Assembly: GCA_032718475.1 (NCBI GenBank)
Contig: JAUCBJ010008395.1
Coordinates: 1 to 64,000, forward strand
DNA: 64,000 nucleotides
Direction of reading: 5' to 3'
Source: Nemertoderma westbladi
Lineage: Eukaryota; Animalia; Xenacoelomorpha
Shown: positions 1 to 12,199 of the stretch, in pieces
How the letters are laid out: the number at the start of each line of letters is the position of its first letter
How positions within the stretch are numbered: the first letter of the stretch is position 1
Notes under the pieces: model-generated
The model's input: the letters and a program-made list of their open reading frames with translations, nothing else
Told to the model about the DNA's origin: nothing
Databases searched by the model: none
Translations under genes and position numbers: made by a program

Positions 1-2150
1 AGCTTTATGCCAATCTCTAATCGGAAACACGAATATCAGCTACCTGAGTCTATGTTATTGCAATATACCCGGCAGTGCGGGGACAATTCTTGCCAAACTG
101 ATTAGTTCTACCACGTTGTCTAGTCTGTACCTAAATGGTAACAGCTTGGAGGTCGACGGTTTAACTGACATACTAGTTCCTCTCGTTGCTCAAGCGCAAG
201 TGGACAGCATCAAACGCCGGGAGAAAGCAGAGGCTGTACGGCGGGAGGCAGATTCCGCTACTGATATCGGTGAGTGTACTCTAGTAATTAACATCACCCA
301 CGACAAGAGCGAATGAATAACAATTCATCCCTCTCCAGGGGAAATTGGACGCAATTAACAGCTGATTACTCTCAAAAATAAAACAATTCCTGTTCAATTA
401 ATCTGTTCTATTGTGTTTAGTTTATTGTTTTGGTTAAAATAACGTGCCACTTTAACCTGCTCCTTTCACTAAATTGAAAATTTAACATTGAGGTGGGATA
501 TTAATTCGCCAAGGCGGGTTTTGCGTCCAGTCCCCCCCCCCCCCCCCCCCCCCTGTCTCGAGATCACAGTACTACATACCATGCATGATCATACAGCATA
601 TAGTCTCGTCAAATATTACATTAATATAACACTTTAAAATCCACGTTTAGGTGATACTACCGATGGCGATCTCGGAGGGAACCCAGAAAAAGTTGTAAAG
701 AAAAAGGTAAAGAAGAAAAAAAAAGGAAAGAAAAAGAAGAAATCAAAGAAACCACCCCCACAGGGTAAGAAACAATTACTGTATGGTTAGATTAAAGAAA
801 CAATTACTGTATGGTTAGATTAACGAAACAATTACTGTATGGTTAGATTAAAGAAACAATTACTGTATGGTTAGATTAAAGAAACAATCACTGTATGGTT
901 AGATTAAAGAAACAATTACTGTATGGTTAGATTAAAGAAACAATTACTGTATGGTTAGATTAACGAAACAATTACTGTATGGTTAGATTAAAGAAACAAT
1001 TACTGTATGGTTAGATTAAAGAAACAATCACTGTATGGTTAGATTAAAGAATAAACCACCAAAATAATAGTTTAACGACCACCACCTAAACATAAAATTT
1101 TCTCCCATTCATTTCATATATAAAGATTCGGATTGAATGATGAATTACGGAGAGATATTTGAACCGCGGTGTTTACTTCTTTACTTATTGTTGTATCTCA
1201 TTATTTTGTTTAACACAGTTGGTCCATGGCTAGAAACGCTCCACGTGGCAGATAACGGAATTGATGATTATTCTCCTACAACTAGTCTATCCCAGCCATC
1301 GTTATCCCTTTGTAAACAACTGCGAAGGTATAAAGTTAATAGTTAGAAACAAATATAAGGCGGGGGGGGACTTGTACACTACAATGTAGGTGGGTGGGAG
1401 TGAAGCAGTAGAATATTGAAATATTTAATTTTAGTTTTCTAGAAAACTCAGACGTTATTCGTGAAATCGACATAGACGACAATAATTTGGGAAATCTTTC
1501 ATGCAGCGAAATACTTGCGGGTTTAAACAAACGAAAGGAAGGTGAGTCATCAACTATTATTTATTATTGGTTTTATGGGTGAATGAGTCGTTTCATATTA
1601 TTATAACTTTTGTTGGGCACAGCTTTGCAAATCCGGCAATGACGTCCAGGTGGGATCGAACTGGTGACCTCCGGGTTGGAAGTCTGACGCTCTAACCATT
1701 CATCTAGCGGTTCAGGTAAAAGATAGAACTGGAAATACTACCTGATACCTTGTATGTCCGCAATTTACCTCCTCATGGCCTCCCATCTGTCTATACCATC
1801 ACCTACTGCCACTATATGCTCAACCCTATGGTACTTGGCCGTCTTTAACCACTCTCTACAATGAAAGTGCTCCCACCTGGACGTCATTGCCGACTTTGTA
1901 AAAAGCTGTACCCAACAAACCGTTTATAATTTTGTAATTATCAAGGTTTTCAACATAATAATTATATTATTTAATAATACATTATTGTTATATCATTTAT
2001 CTCCCCCGCATAGAAAAATTACCCGCAGTTAAATTGTCGGTGACGCACAGAATTCAAAATGAAATTTTCGTGAATATTCGAAAACTCGCCACTGGAGCTC
2101 GTCGAAAGAAAGGGAGAAAGGGGAAGAAAAGAAAAACTAAAAGAAAATAA
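1..2150 (+). CDS. 3' part of a spliced host gene encoding an RI-type leucine-rich-repeat protein with Lys-rich tracts; exons <1-269, 651-764, 1219-1327, 1435-1541, 2014-2150
   Basis: GT-AG introns with consistent phases (1,1,2,1) give one open frame: ISYLSLCYCNI..LSSLYLNGNSL..KKKVKKKKKGKKKKKSKKPPPQVGPWLETLHVADNGID..IREIDIDDNNLG..RRKKGRKGKKRKTKRK*. Four LxxLxLxxN/C motifs. Confidence 0.8.
767..1049. repeat. 29-bp minisatellite (AAGAAACAATTACTGTATGGTTAGATTAA), ~9-10 copies, intronic
   Basis: Directly visible tandem array starting at the intron 2 donor. Confidence 0.95.
1608..1919 (-). mobile_element. tRNA-derived SINE-like fragment with ~47-bp imperfect inverted repeats (1608-1655 / 1871-1919)
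   Basis: GGGATCGAAC..GACCTCC..GACGCTCTAACCA is the reverse complement of tRNA B/A-box-like sequence. GGCAATGACGTCCAGGTGGGA recurs inverted at ~1871-1891. Confidence 0.5.
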
Positions 2151-3494
2151 AGGGCTCTCTTTATATAATAATATAGTAACTCCAATTAGTATATAATAAC
2201 GAACCTGTCTTTAGACTGGGTAGTTTTTGTCTAAAGCTGAGGCCGGCAAAAACACGATGGATATATTTACCTATATATGTCACTATATCACTCACTATGT
2301 ATGTTCACCAAATGGCTTGAAACCACTTGCATGCATTGTAAAATTGTAAACGCAAGTATTTATCAATTGTTGTCTAGTTGTTGAATAAAAAAGTTGGGCA
2401 CGATTCGAAGTGCGATATTCGAAATATTTGCATATTTTCAACATTATTGAACGCGAAATTAAATACCCACAACTCCCTTGCTTGAAATGTTTTTCAGGTG
2501 ATTGATATTTAGCAATTATTATGAGGTTACTTACTACTGAAATCTGACAGAATGCCAAACGTATTATTATAGTTCTATCTCTATTCAGCCAGTTAGTGTA
2601 ATGTCAAGCAGTACATCATTTATATATCGTATGTATCTATAGGGCCTAATTGTCATCGTTATAATACTGTCATCAACTTAGGCTAAGCTCAATTGTAATG
2701 CAAAGGCTTAGTAGGTTTTGTATATCTGGGACGTTTACAACAGCTGTCGATTAAACTAACAAAACCATAAAACTGAACCAGGGTGGCTGCCAGCCGGGTA
2801 CCAACGGCTGTTGGGTAGACTTAAGGGAACATTTCACAAACTTTCATAGGATGCTTGTACATGTACATTATATTGGTTGCTCCGATGTTTTTATTAGGCT
2901 AACTGAGAATGTATCAGGTATAAATACTGTAATTATAGTGTTCTTTATTTTATTTATCTAATTCAGAAAGACCCCTCCGCAGAATAAACTGCTCTTTTGG
3001 GCCGTTTCTCAGGTTGCGGATATGGATACCATTTCACACATCATCGTAGCAATTGTGATTATGATTTGTTTGCCTAGGCGAATGTGTATTACATTAAATG
3101 GGAGGCAGTTTTTTGGTTGATGCAAGTCATTCTTGGTTTGCATCTTCCAATCCCATCTGTTTCTTGGAGTCTGTGTAAGACAGGTTCGTTTAAAGCCATC
3201 TTGATGGCGTTCTAGTAATATAGTAACTCCAATTAGTATATAATAATATATGTAGATAAAAAGGTAATTATTATAGAATACTCCTTACAAGTAAACATCA
3301 CATTTTTTTAGTTGTATAATAGTCTGATTGTTTGTTACCCTAACTACATAATAGGCCTTACGCTGTTAAAAGCGAAATCTCTAGTAGGCCTACTTCTGGA
3401 ATAGCAGAAGCGAAATCTCTAGTAGGCCTACTTCTGGAATAGCAGATCTCATTGGCCGAGACTTTGATTGATCTTTGGAATAGTCCGCGAGAAA

Positions 3495-3851
3495 TCTTCG
3501 CCCGCGCCCAATCATCGCCCGGAGCAATGTTCGCCGTCAAAATGAGCAAATGTCGCCCGGCGCCGGCGGATAAACCTTCGCCCGCAGGCAACTTCGCTCG
3601 CGTGCAACCTTCGCCCAATAAATAATTATTGTTTTGGTTTGAAATATCCGTCTCTGTAACCTGCTCCTTTTCCCTCAATTAGTAAAACCATCGTTTATTG
3701 TTTTGGTTAGAAAAAGCCGCATCTTTAACATGCTCCTTTCCCTCAATTTGTAACTAAAATGGTTACTAACACAAATCTTATTGGGCGAAGGTTGTGATTG
3801 ATTGCCTTGCGGGCGAAGGTTTCCCCGGGCAACGGTTGGACGCGGGCGAAA
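3495..3851. mobile_element. MITE-like element with TTCGCCC/GGGCGAA-rich inverted arms enclosing copies of the ~62-bp repeat unit
   Basis: CAACCTTCGCCCAATAA (~3606) vs TTATTGGGCGAAGGTTG (~3778); AAACCTTCGCCCGCA vs TGCGGGCGAAGGTTT. Confidence 0.55.
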
Positions 3852-3934
3852 ATAGCACCCAACCTTCAACATTAAAGTGGTCTTTAGTATTGGTTGAAAG
3901 ATAATAATGCAAGGATTCGGAATCATAACAATAT

Positions 3935-4103
3935 CTGTCCAGCACAAGTTAGGAGTGCCTATTGACGACCTGCCATAACATATATAGATCAACTTGAAAG
4001 GGATACTGAACTTGGGAGAAACGAAATTGTGACAACTATGGACAATCGGGAAGCCTGGAAGGATCTCATTTCCACTGTCCGAGTTCGCTCGACCTAGTAG
4101 TAG
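3935..4103 (+). mobile_element. 3' end fragment of an RTE-like LINE
   Basis: Translates RPAITYIDQLERDTELGRNEIVTTMDNREAWKDL..VRVRST*, a typical RTE C-terminus, followed by a (TAG)n tail. Confidence 0.65.
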
Positions 4104-5406
4104 CAGAAACAATATCTGATTTCAATGATAACTAACAGCAGGAATGGGAATTTTTGTATTTCCGCTGCGGAAATAATTTAATAAATAGGCCACGCATTAT
4201 ATTACGTTTCCATCAAAATGGGTTGTATTGTATTGTATTGGGTTGGAAAAGTCAATTTTTTAAATAAAATAACATATATCCGAAAAAATGACCCCTTAAA
4301 TAATTAATTAGAATTCTTTATTGTTTATTGATTGTTCTACATTGTAACATGTTCCTTTCCTTTAATGTTTTATTTTCCCCTGATCGATGTGAAAAGGCAA
4401 TTTACTTGCTGTAAAATAAAATAGGATTTCTTATTATACATATCGTAAGAAAGTAGCGATATGTTTGTTTATGATTGCATTTTTACGATTTCCAATTAGG
4501 GGGTCAATAAATAATTAGGTTTTTAATGCCATATAAGAGCTCCAGAGAATAATTTTTCCGCAGTCTGTTGAGCGTGGTTGGGATGCTCCATGACTAACTA
4601 ATCACTCAACATTCAAGGAAAATTACGATTATATGGAAAACTCCTTTTCTTACCATGACGTTTTCCAGTGAGGTTAATTATAACGAACCTGTCTTTAGAC
4701 TGGGTAGTTCTTGTCAAGAGTTGACCCGTTCAAAAACAAGATGTGTGTGTGTGTGTATAACCATCCAATATCACAAAAACTCAAGCAGGTACGCAAAAAT
4801 TTTTAACGCGACTATTTATCATTTAGTATCTAGTTGTTGAATAAATAAAGTTGGGAACGATTCGATCTGCGATATTCGAAATATTAGCATTATTATCAAC
4901 ATTATGGAACGCGAAATTAAATACCCACATCTACACTTTGACAGCTGAACAACATTTCACTACTTATTGTCAATTGGAGTTACGTACATTAATTATATCG
5001 TTAATTTATTGTTCTATCTCTATTCAGTCAGTTAGTGTAATGTCAAGCAGTACATCATTTATATATCGTATGTATCTATAGGGCCTATTGTCATCGTTAT
5101 AATACTGTCATCAACTCAGGCTAAGTTCAATTATAATGTAAAGGCCTAGTAGGTTTTGTATATCTGGGACGTTTACAACAGCTGTCGATTAAACTAACAA
5201 AACCAGAAAACTGAACCAGGGTGCAAGCCGGGTACCAACAGCTGTTGGGTAGATTGAATGGAACATTTCACAAACTTTCATAGGAAGCTTGTACATGTAC
5301 ATTATATTGGTTGCTCCGATGTTTTTATTAGGCTAACTGAGAATGTATCAGGTATAAATACTGTAATTATAGTGTTCTTTATTTTATTTATCTAATACAG
5401 AGAGAC

Positions 5407-5660
5407 CCCTCCGCAGTCTTCACCCTTTGTGGCCATCCTCATTGCGTAATCCAGCACAATTACAAATAGTAATGGTGCTAATTATCACTTTGCAGTACGC
5501 CAACCAGGATTGAGAAAAACTCAGTTTCACCATCTGGTGAGAGTACATGAGCTTCTGTGTCACAATATAATAATCCAATGCCAGCCACAATTACTTCTGG
5601 TATTCTATAAGCTCTTAGGATTTACAGCATTTTACTTCTATGGATGAAGTCGAATGTTTC
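5407..5660 (-). pseudogene. Degenerate RTE-like reverse transcriptase fragment
   Basis: Minus strand reads FDFIHRSKML*ILRAYRIPE..SPDGETEFFSILVGVLQSD/LAPLLFVIVLDYAMR, with a stop and a frameshift. Confidence 0.75.
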
Positions 5661-6007
5661 CGTTCCCTCAAGGCCTCCCTCGGGGCCCGTCTAACTGGTC
5701 CCAACTGGGCCGAGGTACTGCCTTGGGTCCTTCTCGGCCACCGCACAGCCCCCAAAGAGGATTTGAAATGCTTATGGTTGGAGTACGGTGCACCACTCAC
5801 CGTTCCCGGTGATTTTGTCACCAGACCCACCTCACTCGACAGCTTTCCTTCCGACCCTCCACGACCACGCTGGGCAGTTCGTTCCAACGCCGATGTCCCG
5901 TCACGGTGACCCCGGCTCGTCGGTACCCCCACAGCTGCCTACCAGCGAGTATGTATGTGTGCGCACGGATGCGCACCGCAGCCCCTTACAACGGTCCTAT
6001 ACTGGGC
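5661..6007 (+). pseudogene. Gypsy-type integrase C-terminal fragment
   Basis: SLKASL..WAEVLPWVLLGHRTAPKEDL..YGAPLTVPGDF and YVCVRTDAHRSPLQRSYTGP (GPY/F-like), frameshifted. Confidence 0.75.
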
Positions 6008-7217
6008 CAGAGGCGTAGCGAGCCCTTCTGGCGCCCAGGGGAATGGAGCTGAGATAGCCCCCACCCCCCCCCCCCCCCCCCTCAATAATTTTAACTTTTC
6101 ATTTATGGCGGTTTTTTAAATATTATATAACAGAATATAGTATTAATAAAAAACATCTAAAAAACATTTTACTAAAAGTACATAACTATATCAAATCTAT
6201 TATACACAAGTTTGATATAGTGAAATTATAATACTGTATATTTAATGGCGAGCGAAATTTTTAAATTTTTCGCTTATGACACATGTCCTGTATACTGTAT
6301 GACAATCCCTGAATTTTCACTGATTTGTGTTATTTTTACAAGAATACCCTGACATTTTCCATGATATTTGCCTGGCATTTCAGCGCCCCCGAATGAGTGC
6401 GCCCTCGATATCGACCAACCTGTAACAGTGACCGTCCCACCGTGTCGGGGTCGACCGCCACCACTTCAGGCCTCGGTTTGTAGATATCATTGGAATACTT
6501 GCGGTACAAGGGAAACTGGCCGCGGCGGGAGGAAAAAACCAATTGTTGATAGGATGATGCGAGAATAAACCAGGTTATCCTCACAGGTGACAAACCAGGG
6601 CTAAGCATGAGTACTGTACGACGCGGATATATCAAGAGGAGGAAAAGCAAATTCAAAATAAAATTACGTATTGCATTGAAATTAAAGTAGCTTTATTTCC
6701 CTTACGACCTCTTGGTATCGAATTATTGAGTTCGCTTGTTGACCCTCTCTCGTCAAGTCATAGTTCCCCTGGTTTTTCGGATTATTTATTTATTAATAAA
6801 CCGTCAGTCAGCTGCACCTGCCAACAGTTAATTTATTATTCATTGACACTCACGGCTGTTATGAACTTGTGTGTGTGGCTCCATATAAATGATTAATATT
6901 AATAAAATCAACCAATAGATATTTATTATACTGTATGTTATATACGTATGGATGCAGTACAAGTGCAGTAGTATACTTTAGGCCTCCAGAGCAATTACTA
7001 TCTGCCCATCACCATAACTGGTCCCGGTAACACTGAGAATATGTATCCCCATCAAGTTTATCCTGACTGCTTACCGTATATTAAGTACCGTATATTCTAA
7101 AATGGCCATCACAACTCTCATTTTTATTACTTAAAAAGTTACTTTTAAGTAAATTAAGTTTGTTACAATGAAGTCGTGATAAAGTTTGAGAATTTAACGT
7201 GTTACTCCCTGAGGCGG

Positions 7218-8711
7218 TACTACTACTAGGATCGGCATGCTGCATTGCAGCTGAATTTTTAAGAACGCTGTGCCGGCTTATCGACAAAATTGCACCGCCA
7301 CAACTCTCTATCACCCATGACATTTGCTAGATCATCCGCATCTTCAAGGCCAGTGTCCTTTAAGATGCGTCTCAAGAAAGTCATGGGCTGTCCACCATGC
7401 TTATTCACTCCATGAGGCTGCCAAAGTACAAGATTATGCACTGGCTGGTCCTCACGGCGAAAGCAATGTCCTGCAAAGCGGAGGCGATTTTGTTCTAGTG
7501 TCAAGCTTGGGGGAACCAATGAGACACCTCCAATGTTATATAGTGTCTGGTTGGGGATGTGTGCATTGTACTTGACACAATGAACCCGGCGTAGCATTCT
7601 TGTGAATGTGCCATCCAGAGATTTGGTGTCCTCAGTAGTTAGAGCCCAGCATGGACTCCCATAGAGGAGTACTGGAACTACTGCTGCTCTAAATAATCGG
7701 ACCTTAAGTTTCCGATTAATTCTCGGTGACTTCCAAATCCTGGAAAGCCTATTCAAGGCTGCCCATGCCTTTCCCTTACGTATTCGAAGGTCCTCTCCTG
7801 ACTTCCGGATCCATGATCCCAGGTAACAGAAGTCATCCACATGCTCAAGCATACCATCTTTTGAGCTTATGCTCATCCGATCAGAGACTTGCTGAGGACT
7901 TTCAAAGTTAACTGTCAAAATTTTGGTCTTTCTGGAGTTAATAAAAAGACCAACACTAGAAGCAGCATGTTCTAATGAGCTGAGGAGCCGTTGGGCTCCC
8001 TCTAGTGATTCTGAGAGTACTCCTAAGTCATCAGCAAAGTCTAGATCAGTTAGGTACTTGGCAGGATTTCCTCGACTTCTGGAGCCAGTAGGTGGAGTTA
8101 TCATCACCCCACCATCATTATGATGATCTAAGGAGATGCGTAGAACATAGTCAACAACAATTATGAACAAGAATGGTGCAAGTGTGTCTCCCTGGAGGTC
8201 GCCCCATAACACTTCAAATGGTTCTGTGTCACCGTCAACAGTAGACACAAATGTTGTCGAACCATCGTATACTGATCTGATTGCTGCAATAATTTCATCA
8301 GGAATCCCATATAATGAAAGTATGCTGAACATACGTGAGCGAGAGACTGAATCAAATGCCTTGAAGAAGTCAACAAAGATAACAGCCAGATGACTGTCTT
8401 TCTTTTTTGATAACTCTTCAATTATCCTTCTAAGTGCCAAAATGGGCTCCATGGTCCCACGACCTTTACGGAACCCATTCTGATTTCCACGGAGCAGTCT
8501 CTCAATGGGATCCCTGATGCGATTTAATAGAATTATATTGTATAGCTTTGCAGCAATCGAGATCAATGAGATTCCCCGAAAAGAACCATAGAGTGTTAGG
8601 TTGCCCTTCTTGTGAAATGGCACCAACTTATTTGTTTTCATTTCTTGTGGGACTCTTGTTGTTCGGTACATGTCTACTATGATGGGATATATGAGCTTTA
8701 AACACTCATGT
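7218..8711 (-). mobile_element. RTE-like LINE, 3' segment: RT domain and C-terminus (ORF stop at 7259), short 3' UTR and (TAG)n tail
   Basis: RT motifs FRGISL, QNGFRKGR, FVDFFKAFDSV, LQGDTLAPFLF, LDFADDL, FCYLGS. TACTACTACTAGG tail at 7218-7230. Removing element A and one TSD joins the frame to 30764-31293 (..PPEVFKIH|ECLKLIYP..). Confidence 0.92.
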
Positions 8712-9970
8712 TGTAAAAGCTTCTGTGGGATATAACTGGCCCTTTTGCTTCGCAATCCAGTTTCCCCCCTAGGCGCTGGAATACTCTAAAAGGCTCTATA
8801 ACTATATATATATTCCCCTCGCCCGCAAGGTACCGTTATAGGTGTTTTAACGGACATAAAAGTCATTCTGCTATATACGTGTTTTGGCGGACATGGTAAG
8901 GCAAAAAACCTGCAATGCACCAAATACCTTTCACAGCTTAGCCGTGATGATTCATATTACGACATCTAACAGCTGGTTGCTGACATTGAAACAGCCATTG
9001 GCCACATGGTTCTTTGTTTAGCTTAAGCCAATCAGAGCGATTTTTTCTGTCGACGTGTAGATATTCGGTCGATCATACTAGGAGTGTTCAGTCTTACTGT
9101 TTTTTGTGATACTGTTGTGTTGTTGCTATCTAGGCCAGGAACACCGGCTCTAGAGTCAACTCGTTCATACTTTAGAAGAAACATTAGTAGGCTTAAATTA
9201 TAGAGCGTATAACTGTTATCAGTGCAGTCCGACTCAATCGGCACATACATTGTCATATCATATCTTAACCTACCGTCTTAATGCTTTTTACTGTTGTCAT
9301 ATTTTGTATTAGTTGGTTGAATATTATTTGGAGAACATTTATAAAGAACCCAAATTTCCCAATTTTCTTGATACACTACAGGTTAGAGAGACGGGTTATA
9401 TATAGCGATTGCGACTTATATTATTGTGTATGTAGTGAATTTAATGCTATTTGATAAGCACTACATTGGTCCGTTGCTGTTCTCTCTATATATGATAAAA
9501 TTCATTGACGGTCGGCAAATTAGTGAGCAGTATTGTGTGTTACCGGTAGTGTGCATGATTGTGACTGATAACTAAGCATTTCCTAAAGAATGCGCCTCAT
9601 ACGTGAATCATAAGCCTTACCGACTTACCGTTGTGATTAGTATAAGTCATATCTCTGTTTACTTAGATAGAGCGCCACGTCCTAAAGGAACTGTTAATAT
9701 TTCCAGAAAGTGAATAATATTAGTCAGAAATTATTTATTAACGATCAATCGAATAATACAGTAAGCTTACACTGCAATAATAATCTAAGCCCTCAGAATC
9801 CAGCCCCCCGGGTATATCCAGCGGGTGAATGGACGCGCACTAGGCTGGCTTCTGCTAATGTTGTGTTTATTGGTATTAAATATTTGTCAACTTCTAAAGT
9901 ATATTTATAAACCAAAAGACATATAAATTTTGGCAGGTTAAACTGCTAAAGGTCTTCAAAAGCGCGTACA
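8712..9970 (+). repeat. 5' LTR of element A
   Basis: TGTAAAAGC...GCGCGTACA; direct repeat of 29505-30763. Confidence 0.97.
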
Positions 9971-9981
9971 ATAACAGTTAT
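9971..9981 (+). promoter_or_regulatory. Non-tRNA primer-binding site of element A (ATAACAGTTAT), complementary to LTR 9209-9219
   Basis: Abuts the LTR-terminal CA, has no TGG, and is the exact reverse complement of ATAACTGTTAT in the LTR. The function is inferred. Confidence 0.65.
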
Positions 9982-10036
9982 TGACTTTATTGCAGTAAGC
10001 AATAAAGTTGAAAGTACCGGTCAACCGGTAAACCTG

Positions 10037-10900
10037 AACCGGTACTTCTGTAGGTCAGTAGGCCCAACTGCCAGAACCGGTACTGCTGTAGGTCCGTAGG
10101 TCCAACTGTCAAAACCGGTACTTCTATAGGTCCGTAGGCCCAACTGTCCTAACCGGTACTTCCAGTATAAGTACATTAGTATTATTCGATTTTGATTATT
10201 GTATACCGGTAGGTCTCGATATTAAATCGGGGACGCCTGGTTTTTATTGAGATTTTACTTAGGTCTATTTCTGTCAGTTTTATTTCCTAGTAAGTTAATA
10301 TTGAGCTGAAGACGTGTAAGTCTGCTCAGATTGTCAGATAACTGTAGGCCGGACTGTTGTCGGATTGTTGTTGAGTTTGGAGAGATTGCGGCGTGTGTAG
10401 AGTTTGTCCGATAGAGTGCCAGTTAGTAAGTTGGGGCAGCCATAGCTGTAAGGTCAATCCCCTCTTAAAGAATAAGTCGTACTACCGTGTTAGAACGCAT
10501 ACTAACTAACAATTTTGGAATCTGCACATACTGTAGTTTATTTAGGCTTGACAGTATTCTGCCAGCGTTTTGGCCTGTGTTTGTTTGTGTGGTCTGTTCA
10601 GGTACCGTAATAGTTATTACTCAGATATTTTGTAGGCTGGATTGTTGTCTAGCTATTATTAGGTCTGAAGAGATTGCTGCGTGTGTAGAGTTTGTCTGAT
10701 AAAGTGCCAGTTAGTAAGTTGGGGCAGCCATTGCTGTAAGGTCAATCCCCTCTTAAAGAATAAGTCGTACTACCGTGTTAGAACGCATACTAACTAACCA
10801 TTTCGGAATCTACACGTACGGTAGTTTATTTAGGCTTGGTGGTAGTCTGCCAGCGTTTGGTTTGTATTTTGTTTGAGTATTCTGTACGGGTAGCGTAATA
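10037..10900 (+). repeat. Repeats in the 2.2-kb leader of A: ~38-bp unit x3+ (10037-10160) and ~290-bp direct duplication (~10380-10620 / ~10670-10910); mirrored at ~24570-25440
   Basis: AACCGGTACTxCTxTAGGTCxGTAGGxCCAACTG units. AAGGTCAATCCCCTCTTAAAGAATAAGTCGTACTACCGTGTTAGAACGCATAC occurs twice. Confidence 0.85.
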
Positions 10901-12199
10901 TTTATTATTCAGAGTTTATGCGATTATTCGCAACATTCATGTCCCCAAGTTTATTCCTACAGTAATTGTGTTTGTTACACATACCGTTATAGTTAAATTA
11001 ACCCCGGTACTACACGGGCTGCTTGGCGTAGGACAAGACTGGTGACTTTGTGCTCTGGTCACTCCAGCAGATGCCGTGGTTCTTTTAACTGTTCAAGTAT
11101 ATTTAACTACTGATTATTTGTTGTACCAGTGCTTGTACCTAATTTAGGGTTTAGTGTACAGTGCTTTCCGAAAGTAATTAGTGTGTAGGCAGTATATTTG
11201 TGTTGTAAAGTGGTTAATAGGCACGCTGGATCTGGTAGTCCGCGGTAATTAACTTCTAGGTAGGAACACTCCGTGATACATAACGTAGTACCTATAGCGA
11301 TACGGTTATAGGTCGTCAGGCGGTGGTATTTTCCTATCTGGACAGTGCAATATATTTACTACTACTTATTATTTCAAATACCGTAGTACCCTGTCCGTTG
11401 TAATAACCAGAATTCTAACCCTTTGTTAGGCTGGTTTGTAGACTTCCTGTAAAATTACCCTAAAATTTCGTACGTAATATTTTTGTTGTGTTTAATTAGA
11501 GAATTAATCTCACCCGTATCGTAAGTAATTTGTAGTATTAAGTAACTTAGGTAAATTAGAATTATCAGTTTTAGTGTCCCATAAGTAGCACTCCACTGAG
11601 AGCGCATAGCTTCTGTGTAGTGACCCCAGAAATAATAACATTTATTTCAAATATTGACAAAACCCATTTTAAACGGGTATATATCTATTATAAATCAACT
11701 TAAACGATTTATAAATAGTAGGCCTGCCATACAACAACTAGGTCTCAATATCAGTTGGACTACTGCTTAAATAACGGTAACAAAGTAAGTTAAAGTAACC
11801 AAGTAACCCTAAAATATTCAGAAATTCAATTATTCTAAAATAATTGACATACCGGTATTTACCATAGGCTTATTATATTTATTTCTATAAATTTGAGCTG
11901 AAATCATACCGGTACTCTGTAATTAATTCTAGTCCATAATTATACTTATATATACTATCAGTGTAAGCTGTATACCGGTATTCACGATAGGCCTATTATA
12001 TATTTATATATTTGTGCTAAAATTATATACCGGTACTCTGTGACAAACCTAGTTTACAATACTTATATATACTATAAGTGTATACCGGTATTCTAATATA
12101 CTGCGATAAATTACTGGTACTAGGCCAACGGTCATACTGAATTACTAGACTTGCTTTAACTGTAACTATAGCAGTAAGCATTCAACTGTATAGCTAAAC

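Larger units (their letters stand above)
2375..5416. repeat. Diverged dispersed duplication: ~2375-2982 and ~4830-5416
   Basis: Long near-identical stretches (e.g. TCTATCTCTATTCAG..GGGACGTTTACAACAGCTGTCG..AGACCCCTCCGCAG) in both places. Confidence 0.8.

Noticed and set aside
7200-7230. Target-site duplication for the large LINE
   Set aside because: The flank at 7200-7217 has no match near the 5' truncation point (~43110), so the 5' boundary of the LINE is approximate.
9032-9910. Short ORFs inside the LTRs (74 aa, 66 aa; also 85 aa in the B LTRs) that recur in the track
   Set aside because: They recur only because the LTRs are duplicated. They have no motifs and are not preserved in the diverged A' LTR.
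9971-9990. Canonical tRNA primer-binding site after either 5' LTR
   Set aside because: There is no TGG near 9971 or 32252. An internal tRNA-fragment primer cannot be excluded without the host tRNA set.
10016-12122. Many TACCGGTA palindromes in the leader of A as dimerisation signals
   Set aside because: TACCGGTA, TAGGCCTA and TACAGTA-type words are also frequent in host non-coding DNA of this window (e.g. 58300-58430, 61280-61560), so they are not element-specific.
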